A stretch of 64,000 nucleotides of DNA from Cyanidioschyzon merolae (Eukaryota). The first letter of the stretch is position 1. Every line of letters begins with the position of its first letter. The translations under genes and the position numbers were made by a program. The stretch is taken from NCBI GenBank assembly GCA_000091205.1, contig AP006498.2; one strand, given 5' to 3'. Below are positions 42,297 to 54,032 of this stretch, one piece after another. The notes below the pieces were generated by a model, which was given only the letters and a program-made list of their open reading frames with translations, was not told the origin of the DNA and searched no databases.

Positions 42297-43834
42297 TCCA
42301 GTGCCAGTTTTGAGTTGACGATGTCGCGGACGCTTGGAGGAGTCTGGCAGCACCTCTAGTGTTGCACTGGAACTAGGGTGTACCAGCGTCATGGCGATGT
42401 CCGAGGCGCTGCTTGTATTCTCTTAGAGAGCGGAGCCAAGCTCGCTTCGCGGCGTATTTACCGCAAGCCTACCACTTTGGCATTCGAGCTCGTCATTGGC
42501 CGACGCATCCGCCCACATGGCTCATCAGCGCCACTGATGCGGTATGAAAAGGATGCCAAGCCGCGGGCCTATCATGGCTGAGCATCCTCAGTAGCGCTGG
42601 ATGCATTGACGAATGGGGCATTACACGCTTGCTGGTCGTGAGCAGCAACGTGCTCGCGCTTGGCAACGTCTCTGGCGGGTTCACACGCAAATTGCATGCT
42701 TTCAGTGAACACAAAGCCCCCTGAGCGTTTCGCTGCAGTGATGGCGTTCAGAACATGACACGCTCGGGTCTGTGAATGCAATGCATTCGTTTACGAATAA
42801 CATGGATCACCCGAGCATCCAAGATGTCTTCGAGTCTATTCTCGTCCGAATCTCCATTGTACTCGTAAGCGTCGTGATCTCGATTGTGCCATTCAGGAAA
42901 CATGTGCGCTGTATCATGCAACTGAAGAGATGTGATGCCGCTTCACCAGCACTCGATGCGAACCGAACATCAGATAGATAATGCCCCGTTCTTGGATGAA
43001 CCATGGCGCCTCGATGCATGATACAGACACGAACCGTTTTCGCAGTAGAGTTTACCGCAGCCCGCACGCGTCGCCTCATCGCAGTTTGAAACATCACGAT
43101 CGTAACCGGGCGCTGGACGTACATCACTGGATCGTCTTCCGTGCCGTTCCAGCAAGCGAAGCGTATTACCAATTGGCGATTCACCAGGCTCAGAGGGACT
43201 GGGGCGCGCTGCAGAGCAGCCGCCACCTGGTAATTCCCTAACATCCCATGCCTACTCAGCGAGGTCCAGTTACCTACTCATGAGCGAAGCGCAGCATCAT
43301 GTGTACGTTAGCCTGCGGTTCAAGAGGTACAGCATTCGAAGAAGCGCTACCACTGCGGTTTTCCGCACTTGCAGGTTAGCTGTATGCTTCCACAGCTCAT
43401 CTCCGGGGTGCTCGCGTACCCGAAGCGTATACGCGTCAGCGCTCAGGTGCGCAGCGGATGTATCGAATCCTCGCCGAAAGCCGACGTCATCGCTTGTCTC
43501 CCGATTAGACGATTCGTGCTGTAACGCTCACTGCAGGGACATGCTTCCATTCCGTGGCTTGATGCAAATAAAGGACTTTGCAAACGTACCAATTTTTGGG
43601 AGCATGCGTGAAACGACAAGACAAATGACGCCTCCTGCGAAGCCAGCTCCGATCGCTTTGCACTCGAAAGTCGTGGTTGATGCTATCTTTTTTGGACGGT
43701 TCGCCTCGCTGGTGTCCCCTTTGACTTGGACAGCAGGCGAGAATCGAGCAGAAGCGGCTCAGATTTGATCCAGCCCCATGCTGCAGTCACAGAACGAGTA
43801 CCGTGCTTTCGGCGGGATCGCTTATAGTCGTTCC

Positions 43835-44420
43835 CCTCAATTGTGGTCCATCTCCTGGGGCGTGTCGCTGTACGCTTTTTCGCGGCTCATAGCAGACGCG
43901 TTCGAAGTATACTGATTTTTAAAAAAATCTGAGGAAAAGTTATGGATAAGGTAGTCGAAGGATGCTGGGGGCCCGTCATCGACGAGTTCGATAAAAACGA
44001 AAAATCTTTTCCTCGTCGAGAATGGAGCGAAGAAGAGCAAGTGACGAAGAAGAAGATGACGATGAGAGATAGACGAGAAAAGGTTTTTGCCCAATGGGTC
44101 GATGACGAGACTGCAGTGACATAGAGCGCGCGAGTTCTAGCAATCCTTGTACTGGTCAGTTCCACCCGCGGCAAGACACGCATGGAGTTCGTGAACCGAG
44201 ACTTTGACGCCGTTACTCATATACGGATATGAGCGGTGCAGGAGAAGAGGCCCGAGAAGCTGACGAGAGCCAACTTCGTGGGGGAACCTCTCAAAGTTGA
44301 ATTGTATGAGGAGAAGTTGAAGCCAGTAGTAGCTGGCCGGTCAAAAAAGTCTGGCAGGCGTCTGCAGCTAGGTAGGTAACAAGTTACCTTACTATCGCGA
44401 AATGCTTTCGCTCCGCTGAG
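43835..44420 (+). mobile_element. Fanzor/TnpB-like element, miniature copy G
   Basis: The 5' end ...gtacgctttttcgcggctcatagcagacgcgttcgaagtatactg is followed by a retained start (MDKVVEG) fused to ...SEEEQVTKKKMTMRDRREKVFAQW...RMEFVNRDFDAVTHIRI. The 3' end carries hairpins ggtaacaagttacc (44375-44388) and gcgaaatgctttcgc (44397-44411). Confidence 0.55.
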
Positions 44421-44798
44421 CCATGCAGTGCAGGCCTGTGCGATTCAATCACGGGCTTGGTGTACAATGTAGCTGAGCGATGCACGCTTGCAGGTATCGT
44501 GTCTTTTCGGTTTGCGGGCAAAGTCTTCTCGAGCGAGCGCGACTCGTTCGCGAAGAGCGCACAAAATGCACGCTCGTTTCCACAGCGGCCCGTCAGCAAA
44601 TGCAAGCACGAAAAAGAACAACGCTTACGCGAAGAGTGCCGCAAACTCATCTAGTTTCCGCAGCAGCCTGCCAACAAATCCCTGTACCTCCTTAGCGCAC
44701 AGAAGCCCGTAATTCGTGATTATTCGCACTGCAAGATGATTTGAATTGAGTCCGCATTCGCGACCGAGTTACGACTGCTGCCCGGTGACCAGTGCTCC

Positions 44799-45848
44799 CT
44801 ATTTGGAACCCAGTAATCGATGCAGGCGATCACGACAGGCATAAGGCGACCGCCCCGGCAGTGCAGCTGCGATTTTGTTCCAGTCTGGACCAATGCTTCG
44901 AAAGATTCGGAGCAGAAGGCGGTTCTCTTCTACGGTCCAGAGGCGCCGCGGCCGCGCCGGGACCGTGCCCATCGCGGCACGTTTTCGCTCAGCGCACTTT
45001 CTCCGCTGTTCCAGGTACTCCGCTGGTGGGCTCTGCGGTAACTCTACAATCCGCTGCAAACTAAAGATTTGTTCTAAAGCAGCGATCCAGCTGTACTGTA
45101 CTGAAGCCGGAGTTTTCGTCACAACCTTATCGAGGACCTTGAGCACCTCCGGGTATTTCCGTTGGCGCATGAGGATCCCGTGGATACGCGTGTGCGGTAT
45201 TAACCCCGAGTACACAGAGATAAGAAACCTTCGATCCCAAGTTTGAATGCTCTTCGCCGCTTGAACGTAGTCATCGAGTGTCCAGTCTAGAATACTGCGA
45301 AAAGTTTTGCGGTTTGTTAATCGTACGTTGACTCGAATGACTTCCTCCGCGTGCGCGATAGGTCGGAGAGCGTCCGCAGTTCTTGGAACCAGCGAAGCCT
45401 TAGGATCGCCCCGCACAAATCCCGGGCAAGTTGTGTTTACCAGAGCGGCGAGCGCACCTAGCGGTGCCGTCGCAGGAGCACCCGCGGCTCCCGCGGTCGA
45501 AACGCTCTCCGAGGACGCCGCTGGTACCGGGTGCTCCGTACCCGCTTTCTCATGCGCGCTGCTATCGGTAGCTTGCGAGTTGGTAAGATGCTGTATTGGT
45601 TCAGTTTCCTTTTCGATATAAGAGCTTGGTTCCTCTGTCTCGGTAACTGCCGGAAGGAGGTCTTTCTGCAGCCAGGCAACGATGTCGTCTATCGCTGCTT
45701 CCGTTGGAGCTGTCGAGTCACTGGCGGCTGTGACGTGTGATCGTGCCCTCGAAGGTACCGCATAACCAAGAACTGCTCTCACGGTGCCACAAATCCTCGT
45801 GGCATGCGCCCGTCGGAGCATGCTTTCCCCGCGGAACGTCTTCGTCAA
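44799..45848 (-). CDS. Myb/SANT-domain protein (single Myb-like DNA-binding repeat at the C-terminus)
   Basis: C-terminal WTVEENRLLLRIFRSIGPDWNKIAAALPGRSPYACRDRLHRLL carries the W..EE...L......G..W..IA...GRS...C..R signature of a Myb/SANT repeat. The N-terminus is Arg-rich, possibly an organellar presequence. The rest has no assigned domain. Confidence 0.55.
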   Translation of the reverse strand: MTKTFRGESMLRRAHATRICGTVRAVLGYAVPSRARSHVTAASDSTAPTEAAIDDIVAWLQKDLLPAVTETEEPSSYIEKETEPIQHLTNSQATDSSAHEKAGTEHPVPAASSESVSTAGAAGAPATAPLGALAALVNTTCPGFVRGDPKASLVPRTADALRPIAHAEEVIRVNVRLTNRKTFRSILDWTLDDYVQAAKSIQTWDRRFLISVYSGLIPHTRIHGILMRQRKYPEVLKVLDKVVTKTPASVQYSWIAALEQIFSLQRIVELPQSPPAEYLEQRRKCAERKRAAMGTVPARPRRLWTVEENRLLLRIFRSIGPDWNKIAAALPGRSPYACRDRLHRLLGSK

Positions 45849-46638
45849 GCATGTTGTGCGTCACAGACGTCACTGTGCTGCGTTGACCTGGCGCGCCGAC
45901 GCACACTCCGCCAGCCTAGGCGTTTCGCACAGGTCCCGATACCTGGGTGCTTGCTTTACGCAAATGATGTTGTTTGTGTCGCTTCCATGGCCTCGGAACA
46001 AATCACAAGCACAGACCAGAGCGCTTCGTCGGATATTCATATTGAAACCTCGACATAACAGGCTCTTTTGTACAGTGCGAGAACCAGCCTGGGCGCAGAC
46101 GAGGCGAGCGTTTCTCCGTACCCTTGGGACACTGAGCGGTGGACTGCTGCTCAGCAGCTTGCTCTCGCTTCGTGCGCCAGCCGCGGTAGAGGCTTTGCAG
46201 GGAGTCAATCGCCCAGACCTCCTGCCTTCTGGTCCGGTTCAGAAGCTAATTGACCGGGAGCGTTTCCTGGTCAGCGGCCAGCGCCGTAGGTTGCAACGCG
46301 AAATCGACGCTCTAGAGGAAGCGTGCGGAGTCAAGTTTCGAATACTCACGCAGCGCTACCCTGAGACACCTGGTTTAGCCATCAAAGACTACTGGGGTGT
46401 TGACGCGAACACTGTGGTCATGGTGGTGGACTATTTCGGCGGCGTCGGAAACGTGCTCAAGTTCAACATCGGGGCGAATGTGGACAAAAGCATTTCCCCG
46501 CGTTTCTGGAGTCGAATATCCAGTAAATATGGGAACAAGTTCTATTTAGAAGAGAATGGGATAGATCAGGCGATTCTGAGTGCTTTCGAGGAAGCAGCGG
46601 AAGAAATCAGATCGACCTGCAAAGACGCTATGATTTAG
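45784..46638 (+). CDS. TPM-domain protein with a twin-arginine (Tat) signal, thylakoid-lumen TLP18.3/Psb32-like
   Basis: TRRAFLRTLGTLSGGLLLSSLLSLRAPAAVEA is an RR-motif Tat signal with an AxA cleavage site. It is followed by a TPM-like region (LVSGQRRRLQREIDALEEACGVKFRILT...YWGVDANTVVMVVDYFGGVGNVLKFNIGANVDKSISPRFWSRISSKYG). The N-terminal about 100 aa may be a transit peptide; the start is uncertain. Confidence 0.6.
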   Translation: MPQILVACARRSMLSPRNVFVKHVVRHRRHCAALTWRADAHSASLGVSHRSRYLGACFTQMMLFVSLPWPRNKSQAQTRALRRIFILKPRHNRLFCTVREPAWAQTRRAFLRTLGTLSGGLLLSSLLSLRAPAAVEALQGVNRPDLLPSGPVQKLIDRERFLVSGQRRRLQREIDALEEACGVKFRILTQRYPETPGLAIKDYWGVDANTVVMVVDYFGGVGNVLKFNIGANVDKSISPRFWSRISSKYGNKFYLEENGIDQAILSAFEEAAEEIRSTCKDAMI

Positions 46639-47644
46639 GTAGGAGACTTTTCTCTGCGAATATTCTGCGGATGCAGCATATCCTATAACCGCTGCCTAGG
46701 TGTCCAGTCACTGGCCTCCAGAGCGTAGTATTTCTTGCTTTTGTTCCTGCATGCTTTCAGGAAGCAATGTCCGGTTCTTGTTCAGAAATGAAGGCAGTTC
46801 CCGGTCGAGTCGCAAACATTTCCCCACGCGTTCTGCACTGCTCTTGCGATGCGAAACGCGCCCCTATTACAGACTGATTCACAGCCTTGGTATATACAGG
46901 ATCAGCGGGATGGCTTGTGCGGCAATACGACTGCGTAAGATGCACACTCTGGATGCCGTTGATTCGTGGATATCGCTCCCAAGACACCAATGGACAATGC
47001 CGCTAGCCGCTCACCGTCACTAAACGTTGAGCGGAGCAGTGCTGCAAACGAGGCGAACAGTTTCCCGCGCGGCGAGTCGTGGCGAAGGACACACAAGGCC
47101 TGTTGCGGGTTCAGCGAAGACACAATCCCTGCCTGTCACGAAACTGTACTGAACAGACCGGTAACAATGTAATAGCGCGTCTAGGAGCACTGCCGAGTCG
47201 TGTGAAAACGAGGACGATGAAAGTCCTTTGCGGAAGGAGCGGCCCGCCGGTCCGACCCTGTCGAAAATCTGAAACAACTTCTGAGGCTTACGCATCAACC
47301 ACCGCGAATCGTGTCAGTCTCGAAAACAGATCGGAGTGATTTTTGGAATCATTTAATTGTCGTTCAAAGCTCACTATTGTCTGGAAGTGCATACGTTACT
47401 ATCAACCACTGAATCTGGTCATAAAAACAGCCCAGAGCGCGACGTCGCCACGCCAGCCCTTTTTGCGTGCACTGAAACGAGGTACCGCGTTCTACCAACC
47501 GGTGTCGTTTTTAACAAGGCAGGATTATTGTGTCTAGTATGGCGCTCCTACAACCACAGACGCCGCTATTGACCGGGTCATCAACCTGACGTTCTCTGCA
47601 AGGCATTCCAGGTACCGCCACGCCCCGATGAAAGTTTCGTACGG

Positions 47645-48598
47645 GTGTGGGCGTTGCGCGCCTCCGGGGTCCGCGCCACCTGCCTCCTCAGCCTGTCGCT
47701 TGTATCGAGTACAGCCGGTTCGCGACGCGTTTCCAAAGCCACGAAAGCCCACGGTCGGATGCGAACCCTAAGTGCATTTTGTGGTCCATTCGTCGCACGC
47801 CGCTGTTGGAGATGCTCAAAAATAAGCTTGCGCAGTGTCAACAGTGGAAGAAACAGGCAACTATGGTTGTCTCCAGGTAGAGGCGGGCACTCGCGCGCAT
47901 CGCTCCTTCTATGCATGAACGGTGAGGGCGCAGCCAGTGCTGCGCCAAGGGCCACTCGTACACCACCAGCAAGCTCTCGGACAGCGCAAGTGCACCGAGT
48001 GACCAGAGAAACCGACGTTCGCGTCTGGCTAAACATTGACGGCACCGGCGAGTGTCGCGTGCGGACTGGGATCCCGTTTCTGGACCATATGCTGCACCAG
48101 ATTAGCGCACACGGTCTCATTGATTTAGATATTCAAGCCAGCGGCGACTATGAAATCGATGACCACCACACGAACGAGGACGTGGGTATCGCACTGGGGC
48201 TGGCGCTGGCGCAGGCGCTCGGCGACAAACGAGGTATCCAACGGTTTGGTCACTTTCTGGCACCCCTGGATGAGGCGCTCGTTCAAGTGGCCATGGATTT
48301 CTCGGGTCGAGGTTATTTGGACTATGGGCTAGTAATGCCGACGGAGCGCGTCGGTACGTACGACACGCAACTGGTTCGAGAATTTTTCATGGCCCTTGCG
48401 AGCAACGCCCAAATGACGTTGCACATTCGCCAGCTCGCGGGTCTGAACTCCCACCACATCATTGAGGCAAGTTTCAAAGCATTTGCAAGAGCTCTCAGGA
48501 TGGCATGTGAGATCGACTCCCGCCGACAGGGAGAAATCCCAAGCAGCAAGGGAGCGTTAACCGATCAGCAAGCGCTCCGCAATGCCCGCGGCACGTGA
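47645..48598 (+). CDS. HIS3: Imidazoleglycerol-phosphate dehydratase (histidine biosynthesis) with an N-terminal extension
   Basis: [85 protein letters not shown]...[20 protein letters not shown]. Both IGPD signature blocks are present. The about 110 aa upstream are presequence-like, so the start is uncertain. Confidence 0.85.
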   Translation: MWALRASGVRATCLLSLSLVSSTAGSRRVSKATKAHGRMRTLSAFCGPFVARRCWRCSKISLRSVNSGRNRQLWLSPGRGGHSRASLLLCMNGEGAASAAPRATRTPPASSRTAQVHRVTRETDVRVWLNIDGTGECRVRTGIPFLDHMLHQISAHGLIDLDIQASGDYEIDDHHTNEDVGIALGLALAQALGDKRGIQRFGHFLAPLDEALVQVAMDFSGRGYLDYGLVMPTERVGTYDTQLVREFFMALASNAQMTLHIRQLAGLNSHHIIEASFKAFARALRMACEIDSRRQGEIPSSKGALTDQQALRNARGT

Positions 48599-49311
48599 TG
48601 GAGGTTGCGAGACGAGCCACGCGAAACGACGAAGACACGGGTGCTGGGGTGCCTTGTGCACCAGCACGACACGCGCACTGCCTTGGATATGCATTAGCGT
48701 TGATCTATGGATATCGCTCTGGAAACTGAATAGGCTTTCGGAGATCTACGCACGCGCGCGCTTGCACCTGCTGGCTGGCGAGGCGTCTCCGAAACCACCT
48801 GCCGAACAGTCGCGTGCGAGACGCTCGCCTAAACCAAACGAGCAGCAGTGCGCGAGCGAGAATGGTGCCAGGGTACGGGTGTTGGTACGCAATCCGAGGA
48901 GCAGGCCAACTTGGCATCGCCGCAGAAACGGAGCAAGGCGGTGCGCATGTGGACACGTGTCCCGTCGCGAGCAATGCTGCAATGCGTGCGCCGCGCTTCG
49001 TCTCTGCATCTATGTTTTCGGGTCTTGAACGGCAGCGGTACTTTGGTGTGTATTTGTGCTCGTAGACAATGTCGGACAACGGTTGGTGTTCTAGACGCGT
49101 CATCGCTACGTTTCGGTACGCAGTGCAACGGATTCCGAGCATGGGGCTGCATCAGTGCGGATACCTGGTGATCATGTTGCAGGCAGACAGGGCCGCATCT
49201 CGATGGGATGCGCTCTTTCGTGAACAGTGCACAACGCTTTATGTGGCTATCATAGCGGCCTGGGACGTTGTCGCGCTACCACAAAAGCGGAAACGGCGTT
49301 GTCCTCCTTGG

Positions 49312-51786
49312 TTAACTGGCGAGACGTTGGCCAAAGCGACGCAACGCCTCTGCGCCGCGCACCTCTTGAGGCTCCAGCGGCAGCACGACGAGCCGCATAT
49401 CTCGCGCGTAGAGTTCGTCGATCTCTCGCAGATACTTTTGCTGCATGCCAATTCGCGCGCATACCATATCGATGCGTTCGGCTTCAGTGGCGCTCGGAGG
49501 AAAGAGCTGGTTCACGACGATGTTGTGCGCGTCGATGTCGTGCTCTGCCAGGTCCTGAATCAAGCGCTCGGTCTCGTAGACAGAGAGAAACTCAGCGATG
49601 CAGACACATATAAAAGTGGTTCGCTCGGGGTCCTGGAACTGCTTCACAACGCGCAGAATGGTTTCTTGCATGTTTGACAGTCGCTCGGCGATCTCCTCGT
49701 CGGGTCTTCGACCACCGCCCACGCCGAGGCCGGAGCTCTCCGCGAGACTCGAGGCCATCGAGAGCGCACCCGCGAATCTCTGGCGCATTTCTTCTAGTTT
49801 TTGGAGGCCTTTCTGCAGCAGGGCAGGGAAGGAGAGCAAACGCAGCGTGTGCCCTGTCGGTGCCGTGTCCAGTACGATGACATCGTAGTCGAGTCCCTGA
49901 ATGCGCTGCATAAGGCGGGTGAATGCAATCGCATCATCCAGGCCTGGAACAGCCTGGAGCAGGTCACGAATAATGTCGGACGGTGACGCCCCAAGCATCA
50001 TGGCGGCCAGCGCAGTTCGGGGATCGTTTGCGTTCGTGGCACCGGCAGCCAAATCACTAAGATTCGTATCTTGCACAGCGTTCCCAATATCCTGCAGGAA
50101 ATGCGCAGTATCGACTTCCAAGACATCTAGGATGCCAGGGCCTCCAATGCCATGAACGCGCACTGGGCGCATCACCTCGTCGATATCGTTGACGCTCAGA
50201 GACTGGGTGTTCGAAAGCGACACGGTAAAGTTTTGGCCAAACGCGTCACTCAGACTATGTGCGGGATCGGTAGATACCAAAAGCACCCTCCGCTGACGTC
50301 GAGTATCCTCTGCCAACTGAATTGCAAGCGCTGAAGTCGTTGTGGTTTTCCCGACATTGCCCTTGCCGCTGGCAATAATGAGCTCGAGGCTGCGTGCCTC
50401 AAGGACGTTGCGCAGCGTGGGTTCAAACGGCGAGTTTTGTGCCGGTTCCAGCGGCCGAATGCCACTATCTACGAGCAGTCGTTTGCCAAAAGCGCGAAGA
50501 TCGTCGACACCGCGCACCTCATTCCGCAGCATCGGCACCCTAGTTATGTGAAAATCCTCCGCGTACAAATCTTCGATCTGCTGCAAATACTTGGACTGGA
50601 TCTCAACTCGGGATTGGAAGAGGGTCAGAGCGCTCCAACCACAGGGCTCTTGCGGCAGACACACAGGCAAGTACTTTGGCGGCATTTGCGGCACATGGCT
50701 CGGCAGATCCGCGACCCACAACACCTGGTTGATCACTAGGTTTGAGCATGTCATTCGCATTCGCCGCAACTCCCGCAAAAGCCGATCTGTCTCATACAGT
50801 GACAGGAACTCGGGCATACACACACAAACGAAGGCCGTCTTTGAGGGATCCCGAAACTGCGCATCCACTCTGCGGACAATGCTGAGCAACTCCTCGATTT
50901 TGCCCACGATCTCCTCGTCGAATGCATTAGCTGTGGCGCCCATGTCCGGCGTGCCGCTCATGCGTAACATCGACGACGCCATGTTGAGCATTGGCGCAAG
51001 GCGAGAGCGCAGATCCAACAGGCGACTCAAGCCCTTTTCTAATACGGCGGGAAAAGAGAGGAGCTTTAGGGCATGCCCCGTCGGTGCCATGTCGAATATG
51101 ATCAAATCGAACGTCATTTCCTGCACAGACTTCATCATCTGCCCAAATGATAACGCTTCATCTATGCCAGGCACCGAGGAGATCAGTTCCGAGACCAGGC
51201 TGCTCAGACCGAACGGGTCATCCTCGACGCCGGGGAGCGCCGCACGCGCGCCTTCCTCGCCATCGGCCGCAACGCCGCCAAAGCCGTTTCCCAGCAGGGC
51301 GCGTCCGAGATCCGTCTCCGCGAAGTCGCGCTCTGGGTCGATTTCCATAGCGTAGAGGTTGGGATAACCTCGTACTGGAAGCGGATCTCGAGCGAACCTT
51401 TGTCCGAACGCATCACTCACGTTATGGGCCGGGTCTGTGGATATCACGAGAACGCGTTGGTTCGGCCTCCGTAACGCGGCCTGAATACCTGTCGCACAGG
51501 CACAAGTTGTTTTCCCTTGGCCTCCTTTTGCTGTAAAAGCTATCCATTGCAGAGTCTCAGAGCTGAGAAGGTTTGAAAGCCCTTCGCCGAAAGTCATAAC
51601 GCGGAGTCTCCGCTGGCGTTGCAAAGAGCATCGAATGGCGGATGCAGTGCGCACGCGGGACTGCCTCGATGGCTGGTGCTGCGACGTTGCGGCGTATCGC
51701 ACGTTCGCCACTGGGCTGGTGCCAGGCCGCCAAGCTCCAATACATGACGCACAGTGCAACGAACTCTGAAATACGTGAACCAGCAC
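49312..51786 (-). CDS. Tandem two-domain ArsA/GET3-family ATPase (ArsA-like, internally duplicated)
   Basis: An 824-aa ORF. Half 1 has IAFTAKGGQGKTTCACATG, VISTDPAHNVSDAFGQRF and DMAPTGHALKLLSFP. Half 2 has IIASGKGNVGKTTTTSALA, VSTDPAHSLSDAFGQNF and DTAPTGHTLRLLSFP. About 60 aa come before the first P-loop; an alternative start is 51597. Confidence 0.85.
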   Translation of the reverse strand: MLVHVFQSSLHCASCIGAWRPGTSPVANVRYAATSQHQPSRQSRVRTASAIRCSLQRQRRLRVMTFGEGLSNLLSSETLQWIAFTAKGGQGKTTCACATGIQAALRRPNQRVLVISTDPAHNVSDAFGQRFARDPLPVRGYPNLYAMEIDPERDFAETDLGRALLGNGFGGVAADGEEGARAALPGVEDDPFGLSSLVSELISSVPGIDEALSFGQMMKSVQEMTFDLIIFDMAPTGHALKLLSFPAVLEKGLSRLLDLRSRLAPMLNMASSMLRMSGTPDMGATANAFDEEIVGKIEELLSIVRRVDAQFRDPSKTAFVCVCMPEFLSLYETDRLLRELRRMRMTCSNLVINQVLWVADLPSHVPQMPPKYLPVCLPQEPCGWSALTLFQSRVEIQSKYLQQIEDLYAEDFHITRVPMLRNEVRGVDDLRAFGKRLLVDSGIRPLEPAQNSPFEPTLRNVLEARSLELIIASGKGNVGKTTTTSALAIQLAEDTRRQRRVLLVSTDPAHSLSDAFGQNFTVSLSNTQSLSVNDIDEVMRPVRVHGIGGPGILDVLEVDTAHFLQDIGNAVQDTNLSDLAAGATNANDPRTALAAMMLGASPSDIIRDLLQAVPGLDDAIAFTRLMQRIQGLDYDVIVLDTAPTGHTLRLLSFPALLQKGLQKLEEMRQRFAGALSMASSLAESSGLGVGGGRRPDEEIAERLSNMQETILRVVKQFQDPERTTFICVCIAEFLSVYETERLIQDLAEHDIDAHNIVVNQLFPPSATEAERIDMVCARIGMQQKYLREIDELYARDMRLVVLPLEPQEVRGAEALRRFGQRLAS

Positions 51787-54032
51787 GTATTTTTGGTTTT
51801 TGTTTGTTTTTCTCTCAGATATCGCATAAAATGAACGTGTTCTATAGAGTGGAGAGCGATCGGGGACAGACTTGTTGTTGCGAAGCGAAAAACGGTCTTA
51901 CTTGTACAAGCCAGACATTCCTCTGTCAGCAGCTGGATGGAGCACCTTTCTGGTAGCCCGTACCCTGAACGTCGAACACCCAGCGCATAACTTGGCAGAA
52001 GGTACGACTGCCCCCTGGTCCATCCATTCGGCTGGATACGTCCTCTATGAAATACTGCCGATGATCGTGCCGATTGTGACGTTTCCGTACCGCTGATACG
52101 AACGATGATGAAGAGACGAGCATGACCACAGAGAAGAGTGCGCTCGTATCGGAGACCGTCACACGTTGCGTAGCGCTCTATTCGTTTCATACTGATACGT
52201 GAACGATTATTACACAAGCGACAGGTGTGCGTCTCACTTGATGAGACTTCTTTCGGGAGAGATGATGGGCCTGTATGTGGGTGCGTCAAGAGCGCTGATC
52301 CACTGCTGTTCGTCGAGACACAAGACAATGGAGCATTGCGCCAGCATCAGCCCTAGCCGCAAATCCATGGAATGGTCCATGATAAATCGTCAGTAGGATA
52401 GAATCGTTCAATATCTCACCAAATGTCCAATCGCGCTTCGTAGTTATTCCTTCCCGAATGCTCCCGTCCTGCACCTTGACCATGCTGCTTTCCATTTCCC
52501 GAAAGAGGTCACGAGGAATGCAGCTGAGATCGAGCTCGAGCTGCTATTCGTACCAGCTTATGAAACTTGGTCGACCTAGTCGCAAGCGTCTTTTTTATTG
52601 CAATACGCCGTGTCGATGCCCAAAGATCCATGGACGAGTCCTTCGCAACCCATGACGCTGAAGTTCTTGGACAAATCGTTCGCCACCCTCAGCTGCCCTG
52701 AAATGCCGTGTTGCTCGTTTGCTCGTGTGCTGGAGAGAGTGAAAAGGTGCGCACTGTTCTGTGGGCGTGCTCGCAACCGAGGGGATGACGAAGGCTTTGT
52801 CAAGGATTCGCAGGTACGTGCGTAGGGAGCGGCAACTCAAGTCCCCCGGTGTCGTGAGCGCACCTGAATGCCGAGGAACCAGAACGGATATCGAAAATGG
52901 CGACCATATTCTTGTCAAACTGCCAGGTGAAGGGAAAGATAAATAAATCGCCAGACAATGACCTGGGAGATACCGCGGCGAGAGCGAGTTCCGAAGTTGT
53001 GTCGCAACCGGCGCGAGCGTCGCTTAAACCCGTCCCAGCTCATCGCACAGCTCTGGGCAACGGACCGACGGGTTTCGTATCTAGTGAATAGTTGGAGACC
53101 GCCCTCAATAAATGTCCGGAACGACTGTGATGTTCCATGATTGGATGTTCCTGCGTATACATCCGATGCGGTACAGCCGTTCGGTACATGGAATGGGGCG
53201 CGCTGCACGTGCCCCTGATCAGTGCTGGTGCGCTGGGGCGCAGCCTGCGACGCACCGGCACATCGCGCGCTGCGCCAACGCAAGACACGTGGCTAGTCGG
53301 GCAGGCCGCCGCTGGACGCATTCGCGTTTCGCATTCAGGCGAGGGATTGCCGCTGCACGGCCATGTCCAGCCTGAATTGCTGAAACCCGTTTGCAATCCG
53401 GATCTGCTGGAAACGGTTGCTGGTAACCAAAGGTATAATCGCTTTTAGAAGACACCGGGGCAGTACGGTTCCGCAGATGATACATGCGCGAGCGGAACCG
53501 AGCAGGATACAGAGCATCTTGTCGGCGCCAGGGCAAGGCTTGGGCAGACGACCCGTCCAAAAAAAGAGGTCACCGCGGACCGTGCCGAAAGGAACCTTTG
53601 CCCTGCCGCCGTGAATGCGGCTTCCGCCCCGCTGCCCAGCTGTGCACGCTTTACTCGAAAGCGCCACGAAATATGAACAACGACACCTTTGATATGAACT
53701 GCGAGGATGCATTCGCCGCTCAGATGCAGCGCTTCGCGATGAACCATGCGTGTCCGCGTCTGGCATCAGCGCCCGCTGAACATGCCCCGGACACGTGTAC
53801 CTTGACGTATGCAGCATGCATCACGAATGCGTGCAGCAGCATGCATCGAAAGCGGTTCATGCATGCGAGAAAAAATTCTGGAGCATTATTTGGCGGGATT
53901 TTCTCAGTCTTTACGACGCTCTTGTTGTAAGGAGCACTGTTACTGGATTCATAAGCATCCTTCTAAAATCGAAGGCATCGACTCGCTCACTTCCGTCCAC
54001 AATAGCCGCTGATTCAGGGCGATAGGATCCGT

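Noticed and set aside
49069-49677. 202-aa plus-strand ORF inside the two-domain ArsA gene (and antisense ORFs 23389..23946 inside GET3, 32106..32977 inside the nucleoporin)
   Set aside because: These are overlapping antisense ORFs in GC-rich coding DNA with no recognisable motifs. The sense strand carries the conserved protein, so they are treated as spurious.
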